A stretch of DNA of 64,000 nt, taken from the human T2T-CHM13v2.0 reference genome, Homo sapiens. The stretch lies in the NCBI RefSeq assembly GCF_009914755.1, contig NC_060932.1; one strand, written 5' to 3'. The stretch's first letter is position 1. Each line of letters starts with the position of its first letter. Position numbers and translations under genes: made by a program. Below the pieces are notes generated by a model. That model was not told the DNA's origin and did not search any database. It saw only the letters and a program-made list of their open reading frames with translations. Positions 43,045 through 57,103 of the stretch are shown here, in pieces.

Positions 43045-45069
43045 CCTAAAGATTGTTTTGAGGATAAATGTATGTAGAGGGCATATGATGTACTCAAAAA
43101 CTTAGTCAATGCAGTTCATATTCTTTATTTTGACAAAAAGGATTCTTTCCACTTAAAATCCCCTTATTAGTAATAAATACAATGATGAAATGGGTAAGCA
43201 TCATAGATTTTGACTCATGTTACAATGTTAAGAAAAAAGTTCCCAATTTGTATTATGAGGAGTACATAAACATACCTCTTTGGAATGTGTTTGGTAGAGT
43301 CTGTCTACCATTTTTTGGTGTAATGGGATACTGGAGGCATGCAAAAAAAAAAAAAAAAAAAAAACCCCAAATCTGTAAAACTAGCAAATTACCATGAACA
43401 TAATCATAATAAGCTCTCACTTATAAATTGTGGGTCCTAAACGTTAACATAAACCCTTGATAAGCTTATGAAGACTTGCTTTCTCTCTACTATAGTATAG
43501 GCAATATTTGACAGTCACTGACATATGACAGATAATTTTTTCCTACCCAAACCAAAAATGGAAAATTTGTAACATGTATGTATTTTTTTTCTATTATATT
43601 GTACGCTTAGAGTGAAAGAGAGGAGAATGAATTACTCTTGACCCTTACTCCAAGTTAGCAAGGTGAGAAGAAATGTAACAGACCCCACTTTATTTATATA
43701 CTGCTCACACCAAGGCATCCTTGGATATCATAAGAAATCAGGAATTACTTAAAAGCAGGGAATCTATGACCAAAGGCATATGAATTTGACTAAATACTAC
43801 CATTCACTAAGGTTCACATATCTCCCAGGAGGGAACCAGAGGTTTCTCTCAGAAAATTGGATGTTCTCAGAGAGATATATTTCTGCTCATACCAAAGTTC
43901 TGGCCCAACCAGCGGAGAGATGCCACAGAACTGTGATTCTCTGCACTATTAGCAATTGGAAGTAGGGAAAAGCTGTCTACATCTAGACCTTAGTTATCAG
44001 CAAGCCTAGCTCTAGAAACCCTGAGCCTAGTTGCAGGCAATCAGCACTGGGGTTCCTATTCTTATTATGAAAGATACAGTTAGCTGCAGGTGAGAGGCTA
44101 GAGCCTATCTGCCACCCTACAAGGCTCACACGGGCCACCCCTCTATTCCTCTAACTTTACCTCTTTTACTCCCAGCCATTCTCTCTCCTCCAGCCACACT
44201 GGACTCCTTGCTGATCCTAGAACATCCCAGGCACGTTCTCGACTCTCAGATTTGGTCATTACTATTCCAATGGAGCCCCCAACAAATGCCAACAGTGTTG
44301 CTTGGCTGGTATAATTTAGTTCTTAAAGTCAAGAAAAGTGTGACTAAATTTATCACCTACTTAGAAATATTTTGTGAGGTAGAAAACATTTACTCTGAGC
44401 AGCAGCAAAACTGCAACCAGTTTTTAAATTTCACAGTAACACCGCCCCAATCCAAATGTGCATATAATAACCATTATAATGAAAAGCAGAGATGATTTCC
44501 CATCTCCATTTGATCTCAGAGAGGCTTAACAATCAGACAGCTGATGAAATTATAATTAAGTCTAAGGATTTGAAAACAATCCCCTAAAGTTAACCTAATG
44601 ATGCAATACAATGTGCACCTGGACCACAGGAAGGACTCTCACACACTCACGCACACCAGAACTTCAAGACCGGACTATAACCACCCTGAGGAGTCATCCT
44701 TATAATGAAGTCCTTGTCATCAAAGCCTCTGCCACTGGTTCTTGCACAGCGCTGCTGTTTGCTAGGGAATGGCATCATTCAGCCATGAAGGCACCAATGT
44801 GGCAATGAAAGCACCAATGTTTAGTAAAAGGTATTAGAAAAGCCATCTGCAGATGATGCAAATCACATATTCTCTCCAGAGAAAAATATGGTGATTTAAA
44901 AATCCAGGCTCTGGACTCAGAACTTAATTCAAGTACCCACTCAGATGCCACTGGTACTAATTACAAGCCATGTGCCTTTAAACTTCATGTTTAACTAAGT
45001 CTTGGATTTTTTTTGTGCATAAAATGGGAATCACACTGTAGAAGTGACTTATTTACATACGGTATAGCA

Positions 45070-45250
45070 GTTAATACTGAGCACTTATAAGTTCCAATTA
45101 TGCTGCAAATTCTATGTTACGTCCTCACAGAAAGTCTGATGTAAGTCCCCATTTTACAGATGAGAAAACAGCCACCCAGAAGCTGACTTGTCTGAGTTCA
45201 CACAGCCAGCAAATAGTGAAGCTGGAATTCAAGCCCAGACTCTTAGCTAT
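45070..45250 (-). mobile_element. MIR fragment
   Basis: CCCCATTTTACAGATGAGAAAAC ... GCTGGAATTCAAGCCCAG. Confidence 0.75.
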
Positions 45251-46047
45251 GTTGTTGACAATGTTTTAAATTTTTTTTTCTAAAGATTAATAAAGCAAAA
45301 CATAGAGAATGGTCATCACAGTGACTAATAATAGGTTATTCATAAGTATTAGCCAGCATTATTATAATTTATTAGCAACAGACATGTGAAAATTATTCCC
45401 ATATATACAACATAGGAAAATATTAAATCCTAACAAATTATTTGTTCATTCTTTTATGGCTTTTGTTTAAGGACAATTTATAAGAGGCCAATTCTGTGGT
45501 TACAGACAAACTAAAAATGTCATTTAGAAACTCCTTTATTCACAATGTCCCTTAATCTTCCAGAAACTAAATCCTGTGCAGAATGTAAACAATAATAAAG
45601 TTATATTACCATGTTTCTATTGACAACAGAATATTTAACCACAAATATATAAACATAGCCTATAAAATACAGCCTCAAACCATAATTTTATACACATTTG
45701 CTCCAGTTTAGATATTTCTTGTAAATCAGGTTTCTTAAAAATAATCTAGTTGGATAGCACTATATTTTACAAAATTAAAATTACACCAAGAAAAACAAAT
45801 CCAGATAATTTACTAGTGTTCTAAGCTTTGTAAAAATGATAAAAACAGCTTAAGATAGATTCTGATAATTTATAAAACTGAATCTATCATCCTAAAATAT
45901 GTAATACACAGTAAATTTTAAATGCAGAAAATTTAGCTGCCTAATTCAAGATAGTATCTGTTCCCACCTTGGAAATCTGATATACCAATTCAAAATTACT
46001 ATTTGAATTACCATCAGAATTCCTGAAACCCTATGTGCAGTGAAGAT

Positions 46048-46659
46048 TCCAATTGCATCTGGTTTTACATCACCTAAAGACAAATCTATCAGTTTCAAGA
46101 CAAGTTTAAGCTTCTTCTTGAGTTTGAGTCTAAGCTTACAATAGAGAAAACTCAAAATTAGAGCTCTGATTTTTGCTTGCTCACACTTTTTTGGCCTTCC
46201 TCACTCCTTACTCCAAGACAACCAAAAATAAACACTCAAACCAGCAATATATGAACTGACCAATCTTAAGCTCCCATGGACTTAAGACAACCAGCGAAAA
46301 CAAAGATGGAAAGAATCACTGCTTTGCAAACAAGGCCTTAATTACATACGTAAATAAAAATCCTTTTAGGGCCACAGCCCTGAATCCTTCGAAAGAACCT
46401 TTCCCAACTACTTCTCATGCTTAACACAAATATCAACACAAAGCCTTTGCCACGCAGAGGCTTGCACAGATTCCCAAACATTACAAATCCTCTCAGATTT
46501 GATGATCATCTAATAGAAGTATCACCAAGAAGCCTATTTCTTAAAAGCTATGCTTTAACAATAAAATACGTGGAATAGAATTTCTATTCCATCTTGGCCT
46601 CCAATTGCATCTGGTTTTACGTCACCTAAAGACAAATCTATGTGTTTCAAGACAAGTTT
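46048..46659 (+). repeat. 60-bp dispersed direct repeat (46048-46107 and 46600-46659)
   Basis: 57/60 identical by manual alignment; offset 552 bp. Confidence 0.93.
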
Positions 46660-49600
46660 TTCAGACTAACTGTCCAAAGGAAGAGGGAAAACAGTTGAAA
46701 GACGGGCCATGATTGGTGTTTTCATAAGCATCCATTAGTGTCTTCCAGGTCAAGCTTGAGTTGTTTAATAGTAACAAAAATATGCATTAATTCATTTGGA
46801 AACATATCACTTCTTACAGTGCTTTCCTCATTGCAAGTCAAGCATTCATTTATGCTACTATTTTCTATTTTTACCTCTTTATATTTTTATATTGCAAAGA
46901 TGTATAAACTGGGTGAAACCAATCAACAGTTAACTTCAACAGTAACAATTCACAGAGGGGTTGGAAGGATGTATAAAAATGTGAATAGTTGAAAGTTTTG
47001 AAATATGAAACATTCAAACAACTATTATAACTGAAGAACATTTCATGTAGGAAATAAAAAAGCACAGTACTTGAGGCTGTAGCTCAGTGTCTTTCTGTCT
47101 TTATCCCTTAGATGAACCATGAAAATAGGCACTAGCCTGTGAGTACAGAACCTACAAACATTGAGTCTTAGGATAATCTGGCAGCAGACTTAAGAAGAAA
47201 CTTAATATTCTCTGCCTCTCCATTCCATTCCCTTCTTGTTTGTTCTTCAGATGAAGTTATGGTTTTTGATACAGGAGATTTTCTTGTTTTCTTAGCCTGA
47301 TTATAGGAACAAGTGGTGGCAGGAAATAAAAAATAACTCTGAGTGAAAAAAGACAACCTATATAAATGCAGGCAAAGCCAACAACTGTGTAAACTAAATG
47401 GAAGTTCTGTCGACCTAATTAATTTCTATTGGGCTGAGATGATTTTCAATTGGGCTGCGGAGAAGTCACTTAAATATAAATCATGGCATATGTAGCTGAA
47501 AATGTTCATTGTAGAGTTAGGGGAGGTGATTGACATTTTAAAGACTCTTAAATTGTAATGAATTTCTTGATTTCATTCCTTTAATTCATCGGTAAACACT
47601 GCTGTTTTCAAACTAAATAAGATTTCAAAGAAGAAATAGGAAAATCTATAATGACTACACGCCAGAGAAGTTTGTCAGACATTAATGAATTCACTAATTT
47701 TAAGCTTAACTCCTCTAGTGGTGACAGAGAGGAATGAAATAGATATATTATGAGACATATAAGTAGCATGATAAACTGATTCACACACTTAATAAAAACC
47801 TAGAACTTTCCAATATTGTTTGTATCTAAACGGACATGTAACACCGATCGTGAGGGAAGTTTGGGTCCACATTTTCAAACTGAGTACTAAAATAAAACAA
47901 TATCTCAGGAGACTGAGAAACTTCATTTATTCTCATTTATATTGATACCTTCTAACTTCACTTGCTAACCACCACCATGCTTGTAAAGTACATTAATGAA
48001 GATTGCCTGAAACAGGGTGAGATGAGTAATTGTGTATTCGTCTGAAATCAAGTCTAAAAAATTCATTTCCAAGACATAAAACAATTAAGTTTAAGATAAA
48101 GAACAAATTCTATGTATTTTCCAGTTTGGTTGAGGAGATCACATAATTACCTAAAATGTTTTAATAGTTTCAACTTATTTTAATTATGCAAAAATCCAAC
48201 AAAGTGCAGTATTCCTAAATATGAATGTGATATCAAGCTATAAAAAGTAAATATTCAGAAATATATTATTACTCCACATGTGCTTAGAAAACAAACCACA
48301 CATTACTCACACAAAGCCATCTAAGGGGGAACCCTAAACACACACTCTGTTTCAGTACTGCATGGTTCTTATTTTGTAGGAGACAACTTGCCAATAAAAT
48401 GTTGAGAAAATGAAAACTTCTTAGTCCTACTCATTTCTTCATATACAAAAAAATTAACTACCAGTATTTCATAATTGCTCTTCCATATATGTACTCGTAT
48501 ATTCTATTGAGCAAAATATTTTAACATACTTAGTCTTCCTTATTTTTAAGTTAATTTGAATGACTGTCTTATCTGGACTTCACAATGATGGAAATGCCTG
48601 TTAAAGGTCACCTACGGGCCTTCTGCAGCTCCTGTCAGTGGCTGCCCTCACGCTGACTCCTGCATGAGGCCTGCCGGCGCAGGGACCTGCGGCAGTCTGG
48701 GTGACTATATCCACACCCAGTCTGTACTCTGCAGTAGGCATGCTTTACCTGAAGTCAAAGCCCAAAAGGAGAGGAAATAGGACTGCTTGCTTTAATTTTA
48801 TTTGCTCTATAAAATCCACTTACACACTAGAACTACTTTCCTATAAATAATTTAAGTTTCTCTCTGATTGCCTATCAAAATGGGAAGAAAAAAGTTTCAG
48901 AGGAAAAGGCACCTCATTCAGAGATTAATTTTCTGCTACATCCGCAAAATTTCAATTTTTGATAGTACCCATTTTCATAAACACTTGAAATGAATGTATT
49001 TATGCTAAAAGAAAAATGCAGAATATTTACACATTAAAAGAATCACTGTTGGAATAAAAATCAAAGCATCTCATATCAGAAACAACTGATTTTATATCTT
49101 TCCTATTATTAAAAATTACATAACATTGTAAGTTTCAAAAGCCTTCACTAATACATATTGGAATATCACACCAAAAAACACAATAATTTTACAGCATTTA
49201 GCTTTGTTTATTTTTTTAAAAAATTGTGTAATGAAAGATCACCATAGTGACTGGGAAATGATGGTTAAGAGTTTTGTATATGGATGGAATTCTAACATGG
49301 ATAATTTATTGAACTTCTAGTGAAAGGTATGCTCTGAGTCATCAAGGTCCTAAGGCTTAGTAACGAATAAATAAGCAAAATATTAATCTATGAAGAAATA
49401 ATTTTTCAATAGACTAGAGTAGAAATAAATATAATGCAATATGTAACATATCTTTCCATATGTTGAAGTTCTAAAAATATGCATAGTACCTAAATGACTG
49501 TATAACAGGTAGCAAAAATACATATAACCTTATATGTTTAATCTTAAGTATACGTGGATCAAAGTAGGTATTTCGACTTATATAAAATTTATATAAATAT

Positions 49601-50173
49601 TCATATGTATTAATTACACAGAAATAATTGTAATTGTTCTACATTTAAAGTATACTAATCTTTAAGTAAATAAATAGTGTGTATATCACCTAAATGCTGT
49701 GTATATTTCATAAACAATACTTTTTAAAAATTATTTATATTTTCATAGCCAAAGCCTTAAGAACACTAGGCACACAAATTATTTCATTGATATTTACAAA
49801 CAATCCAGTCCAACGTCTACATTTAAACAAATTCGGCTATATTTAACAACAAAAGGGAAAATAAAGGAAATAATTCCAAGTTTTCACTGGTCACACAACA
49901 AAACAACACAAATTGATACTGCAGTGTGTACATGATCAATAAGAAGATAAAACACACTCAAAGGTTAAAAATGTTATGCACACAAATATGTATAATATAC
50001 ATGTGTATATATGTATATGCATTTGGTGAAACGAAACCAATCTACGCAATGTTACAATAACTGGAAACATGAAGCTCCTAACAATGAGTACTGATTGGTA
50101 AGTCACATTATTACCTAAAGGGGAAATATAAGAGTAGTTTTATGATTTTGACAACTGAAATCATAACCACCTA

Positions 50174-50479
<306 letters not shown>

Positions 50480-51918
50480 CTATTTCTTAGACTCAAAATA
50501 ATTCATCTCACATTTTGACTTCAGGTATCCCTTCATCATATGCACTATCAAAAGATGTCACTTGCTTTACCTATACAGCCAGTCACATGAAGCTTTTAAA
50601 ATTTCATTTTTCTCTTACACAGTTCATCAAGTCACAAGGTCTAATGTGAGACAATGACATCTATTATAATTTTCAAAGAAAAAATACAGTCATCGTTGTC
50701 TTTTTATATTAAAAAGGACCAAAGGCATTACTTTTCTAAAAGAAAAGGCAACTATGTAAAGAAGTAAAATGGAAATAGATCACTCTTCTGTGGAATCTGT
50801 TTCATCTAATAAATTAGCACTAGGTACTCCCTTATAATTTACCACCCAGTTGTAATTTAATGGGTCTCCAAACCAAATAAAACACTTGAAACCTATAGTC
50901 TAGTGACAGGGAATGAGATAGTCCTGATGCATGTGTTTACTCTGGCAAACTACTTAATTGTTCCTCTGTTTCCCTTGAAACAAATGCAGCATTAAAACAT
51001 TATGATGTCGGCTCACTTGTTTGCTTTGTGGATTACATACAGTGTGCCCAGTTGAAAAAGGATAAGGCCAACATACAGTGGGTCCCTGCAAGCATTAGCA
51101 CTCGGAATACCTCAGCTGTCACTTACTCTGGGAAATAACAACAATTCTACTTTAGTGCTATAATTTTGCAATTTTACCATATAAAACCAGTTAAATGCCC
51201 TCTGAAAGTTCTTAGACTCTGCAGTTACTTATTCCATAAAAGGTACAAAAGCCACTACTCATGTTCACAATTTCAGAACTATACATTTATATTTAATACC
51301 CTATTAGTGAAGAGAGAATTTATTTAAAGTCACTAAAAACACACTTAGATTCCATTATTTTCTTACAGCCAATTTCTTAAAAGTTTAGGGCCCATTTACT
51401 TTATTTTAAACTTTGTATGTTTTTCTAAGAAAAAAGATGGGAGGAGGTTTAATGTTTACATATATAAAGTTAATACTATTTGCTCCTCACCCTATCAGGT
51501 CAATAAAAGCTACAGTCATTTTAATTTAGAGGTCGCACTTACATTGACTATGGGTATCAGTTTTTAAAACAGCTTAACATGAACCATTTTACTTCTAAAG
51601 TGAGCTTTGACTTCCCCAAATATTCTGAATTCAAACTAGAAATGGTCTAAAATCCAATTTTTCTCTCCTGATTCTCATTACACATTCACAGTTTTCCTAA
51701 CACTAGAAACTATAGCCCATAATTATTTTCAAACCGAGGCTCCTATTCCCTTTCTACATACTTAAAATGTTTTACAAGCACACACACACAAACTGTTAAG
51801 TAATTTCCAACAGAGGCTGTTACTATTAATAGAAATAATTAAGAAACACTAGACAAAAATAGATATGGGTCACAGAAAGGTAATCTCCAAAAATGTCAAA
51901 TATCAACAATATCCTTAC

Positions 51919-51943
51919 CTGCAACTTGAGGAAACAGCAACAT
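51919..51943 (-). CDS. EYA1: Alternative N-terminus MLLFPQVA(V), used when exon 3 is skipped (EYA1B-type isoform)
   Basis: ATG at 51943; 25 nt ending in phase 1 joins exon 4 in frame (G|TT AAA ACA = VKT). Confidence 0.85.
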
Positions 51944-51968
51944 CTGAACTGGCTTGAGATGTTTGCAC
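51919..51968 (-). other. EYA1: EYA1 exon 2 (50 nt; 5' UTR for the MEMQ isoform, holds the alternative start)
   Basis: Acceptor CACAG|GTGCAA and donor GCAG|GTAAGG. Confidence 0.92.
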
Positions 51969-52129
51969 CTGTGATCAGGGGTAAAAAAATTAGAAGATGT
52001 TGTTACTCTGCTTCAGTGTCAGCTCTTAATTATACAGAGCACATGGCTGAGAACGACAATGCTCTCTTTTAACCAAAAGAGAAAAAGGAGGATACTGCAG
52101 CAGTGAAAGGCATATTGTCTTTAAGTTGA

Positions 52130-52450
52130 GGTCTCAACTGTTGTTTCCTCCTGCAGGTCTATCCTCCTCCTCCCCTTGTCAGGGGGGGAAGGCAGCCAAA
52201 TGACGTGATAGTGATTCATCACTGGCCTATGACAGCTGCAAATGGGATTACCCCTCCCCCAATCAACATGCAAAGCAGCCTTGCCCAGGCAGCTTGGAAA
52301 AGGTGCTTGGAAAAAAATAGCGAATGACAAAATGATCGTGTTTAACAGCAATAGTTCAAGCAGTAATCCTCCAGCATCCTCAGAAGATCTTTCATCTTCT
52401 GTTATCACCAGCTGAAATAGAGCTCCCGCCCACCCCTTTGACTCCTGACA
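52130..52450 (-). promoter_or_regulatory. Candidate internal promoter/enhancer just upstream of exon 2
   Basis: CRE-like TGACGTGA 52201-52208, GGATTA 52245-52250, CCAAT 52259-52263, TAATCC 52364-52369, GC/CACCC box 52425-52436 in non-repetitive DNA. Confidence 0.5.
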
Positions 52451-55400
52451 GTTTCTTATCCTTATCATAATGGTTTTCTCCTACATTTACTATTTGTCAT
52501 TTAACATTCACTAAAACAGCTTCTGGGCAACTTCCTGACAATGCTGGACTAACTATATAAGGCAAAGGCAAGTTTTCATACCCAAAGTCACTCCACTGAA
52601 CAATGTGCTCATTTACCCTCGCCAATTTAAAATTCAATGGGTTCTTATCAGTTCTGCCTGGTAAACCAGAAAATGTAGTTAGCTTTTTTGGTGGATTTTC
52701 CATCTTTTAAACCGAGGAAGAAAATGGAAAGTTTAATAATCAATTCACCATCCTAGTCAGCCTACATTTCAGTCTCTCTTGTTTCTAGATGAATCTGTAC
52801 TTCAGGACTTCACTGAACAACTTAACTAATGTGCAGGCTTTGACAGTCACTGCCCTTCTTCCAGAAGCAGCTCAAACTGCCAGCAGGTGATAAAGCTCAG
52901 GTGAGGCCAGGCTGCTGGCTTGTAAGCTCAGGCTAACGCCTCAGTAGGAGAGCATTCTGCAAAACGTTTAAAATGGCTCAGAATTCCAAATCTTTGATGT
53001 GCATTTTCATTCAACCTGAACTGACATCAATTAGGGTTACAGAACAAAGATGAGAACTAAAGCATCTCGAATGGCATTACAGTTATCCAACCAAACGTCT
53101 TCTGTTAAGTCCTGTTATTTTTAAATTATGATTTATGAAATAAGAAATACTACCTTTCTAGCAAGAATAAAGCATCATTAAAGTCCAACTGTCTTGGTAT
53201 AATGTTACGTAAAATTTCTAGGTATGTTTCTACAATACGTGCAGGATGAAAAACAATTTTTAAAAGACGCTTGAGTATAAGATAAAAATTAAATTTCAAT
53301 GCCTACAGATGTGTCATTCCGTGATAACAACCTTCTGCGATTTTTGTTAAAAATTAATGTTCTCACACAAGTTTAAGTGGTTTCCTTTAGAAAGTCCAGC
53401 AATATACCTCAAGGATAAATTTCCTTTTTCTTTTTTTTTTTTCTCCACTTTTATACACCTGGAATAAATTATAGGTGAGAACTAACTTAGTTTTAAGAAC
53501 TCTCCTGGCTTAATTATGTGAAAGAGTATTTAAAGCATTCTTTCTGTTAAATGTTAAAATACATTTCCATTTTAACATTAGCTGGAAAGTACAATGTTGG
53601 AAATATAATTTTAGTTTCAGTATACACTTTGAAAGTTTGGTTAGATTTATATTTGTACTTTAACCAATCATATTTAAATTTCAAAGTCAAACTGTTGTTA
53701 ATAAAGAAAAAGTGAACTTCAAAACAAGAATTAGTCTACCACATTTCAGTGAAAACATGCATTTTCACGACAACACATTTCTTTTATGCTGGTTCAACTA
53801 GACTCTACTGTATTTTCATACTCTACAACTTTTGAAAGTCCATATGCATGATCTACATTTCATTAAGTATACTTCAGATATACTCTTTTGTGTCTCAGGG
53901 ATTATTTAAACCATGTGTTGTGTGTTACTGTATTTAAAAATGACTCTTTAATCAAAATAACTTTAAAACAACTAATCCTCACTTAGGCTGGTCAGCTGAA
54001 TCCACATCGTGGTCCAGGAAAAATAAATCTACTCTCAAGAATGCGAATGCAGACAACAATTAGACACAGATGTGAGCAAAATTAGTTACAGTTTACAAAA
54101 TGCTACACTTCACATGCTTTTAGTTTTTTATGTGTAGTACAAGATTACAGTGCAGAAGGAAACATAGTCTTATAATGACTTATCTAAAAAGAACACCTAT
54201 TTCTGATTGCTGTTGATTTCCTCTCATGTTTGATAATATCTCTGGAAGTTTCTGTCTTGTAAAGGTCTAAAACCATAATGTGTTTTGAAAATAATTAATT
54301 AGGGATATTTCCATTCAAAAGAGAAAAATATTATTTTTTATTGTTTCTAGAAAAGTGATGTGAGGCATTCAGTAAGTTCACATTTTCTGCTTTACACCCA
54401 TAAACTTAGCATGTTTCTTGTCTTCTCCTAATCTGGTATTTTTAATTTAAATACTTCTATGAGTGCAAAAATATTTCCCATAACATAACAAATGGTCATC
54501 TTATATTACAATCAAGTCATTTCACTTTAATGCTTTTTAAAACTCATTGTATAGAATACCCATAGTAGCATATTGACAGAGTTGTGAAAATACAAATAGC
54601 AACAAGCAGAACTTCTTAGAATTCAAATTCAAGAATCCTAAACTAGTAACTTTGACTTCTGATTAGTTAATGAGGTCTTTTAAGTTTGCCTTTTTTCTAA
54701 TTAAATTTATAATTCTTCACAGATGTAACTTTTGTTGATATTCAATTTGTCTCTCTCATTTTGTTAAACCTCACATAGTACTTCGCCAATCCATTGAATA
54801 GCCACATTAAATCTGTTAATACCATGCTCTTCAACCCCAGAAATTATTTCCAGAAGGCAAACTTGCTTTGAGAGATCATCAAACAAGACTTAAGGTACAC
54901 ATTTTATCACATTTTCCCTACCACAGAGCTCAGGATGCAGAGCAAAATTCATGACTTTTGCACTGTTTATTATACTTTGCTAAATTACAAATCAAAAGCA
55001 TCTGACAGAAGATCATGCATGAAGCCAAAAAGTTAATAATGTTCTGTGAAAAGTAAACTGTAAATGGAAAGGGATTCTAAATCTCAGCAGCACAGAGCAA
55101 ATAAAATGTAGGTACTTGTCTAAATTACGGGTTTTCCATAGGCTTTTTTTGCTTGCTAGAAGCAATTTTTATAAAATGACTATAATTTAAAACTTTTTTT
55201 TCAAACTGAAAAGAAATTTTCAAAGTGAAAGTACTGAGCTTATCTAAATAAATAGAGTTGGCAGGCAAGCTAGTTTTGTCCAACCACAGATCAACCTGAG
55301 TACTCCCAAATTTGAAAGACAATGGCAATTTTCTCATCAGAATGTATTTTATGTAAAAAAAATTTTCCTTAGCCATAAATCTGTGTTTTAGGGTATATTC

Positions 55401-57103
55401 TTGCTAAAATTTCTCCTCAATCGATATCTCCAACTATGGCATCATTGTTGTAATGAAAACTTAAATTTTAAAAATAAAAACCTAAACCTAAAATTGAAAT
55501 GAAGTTCTAGGGAGACGTCAATGTTTTTTAAATGTTAACACTATATTTCCTTCTTTATCAAAGACTCCATAAAATAAATGCTTTAATACTACTGCTGATT
55601 ATTTTCAAGTAGTATAGTACATTACTTTTTGCAATGCGTCGTTTAAAGAAAATGACAAAATAGAGTCCGCATGAAAACAAAAATAAGTATTTAAACCACA
55701 TGGATGCTACCAATAGCTTTAAAGGATTGTTTTCAATATCAATTTACTTAAAATGTTGAATGAAATACTTTTGATATTTGATAAACAAGTGGTTTTATTC
55801 TTGCTGCAAGTGTTTTTCTTCTTTACAATGTATTCTTAATACGATTTTCACAAATGGAAATTTTCTTTTGAGAAAATCATTTATCATGTCTATGAAACTC
55901 ACACAGCAGTGGACTTCCATTTGGCCCTCTAAAACTGAACAGTGGCTCAATTAGGCCTCTATGTCTGTCACCGCAAAGAATGTTCAAAGATTGAAAATCC
56001 ATGGCTGCTTGCTCACTTACTGAACACTTTGGGCCTTGGGAGAACTCAAGCATGCAGAAAGTCAAATATCAAATATTTGATAATGCAAAAGCATGACTGT
56101 ACATGTGTGCATGTCCTCAGACCCCAGACTGTGGGGGAAAAGACTCATGCAAGCATAAAATAAAACCTACTTTGAAAGACACATTATAAAAACAATCCCA
56201 AACCTATAAAACTACACTATGTGCTTACTATCGACCTTTTGTACCCCTTGCCATTTTAAGAAATAAAACAAAAACGTTTGCCTAAATTCAATGACAGCTC
56301 TGAATTTATTGAATTCTTGCAAATGCTATGCTCTAATGTGTTCAAAACCTCCTCCCAATAAATATAAACCCATGAGTCATTAACAATTCATATACTGATT
56401 TTGAATGGCAAATATTTTAAATGGTAATTCAAAAGTTTACAGATCTTGTTTTAAACTTCAAGGTCCACTCAAGCCTTACAAAGTGTCAATAAGAGAAAAA
56501 TATATTAATTGGGTAAATGTTTGTTATATCACCTTCTGAAGATAAGTTTGTTTAATATAACGTTTGGGAAATTTATTAAAGCAAAAATATTTTCTTCCTT
56601 AAAAAGTGCTATCAATTTAATGTTGTTATCTGTTGTCCTTTCAAATGTTAAATGCTTCATTTTTTTCATATCAAAGTGTGTAAAAGTTACTTATGTATTG
56701 CAATGAACATATATGTACCGCTTTATTCAATACCACACAAATATATTTGAGATTTGTGCAGCAATTCAGAAAAGAGATATGAAGTCATCTCCCTGCAAGA
56801 ATATGGTCCTGCATTACATTTATCTAGAGCATAACAAAAGTAATTGTTAACAATTAATTTGTAATTATTTCTTAATGATCCTGATCGCTCATAATTTGGA
56901 GGTTGGGAATTCTACTTCTAGGATGAAACCCTGTGGCTCATAAAGTACTAGGTACAAAGTGTCATAATTTTCCCCATGCCATAATGTTTTTCTTTGAAAA
57001 CAAATCAAAACAATAATAAAAGCGCTCCTGTTAGCTTGGGCTTTGCCCACAGGACAGCTGTTGTCAGTCACTACAATTTTTCAAACAGTCAGCTTGTACT
57101 TAC

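Noticed and set aside
49578-49596. 9-bp-arm AT palindrome
   Set aside because: Low-complexity AT context makes it likely by chance
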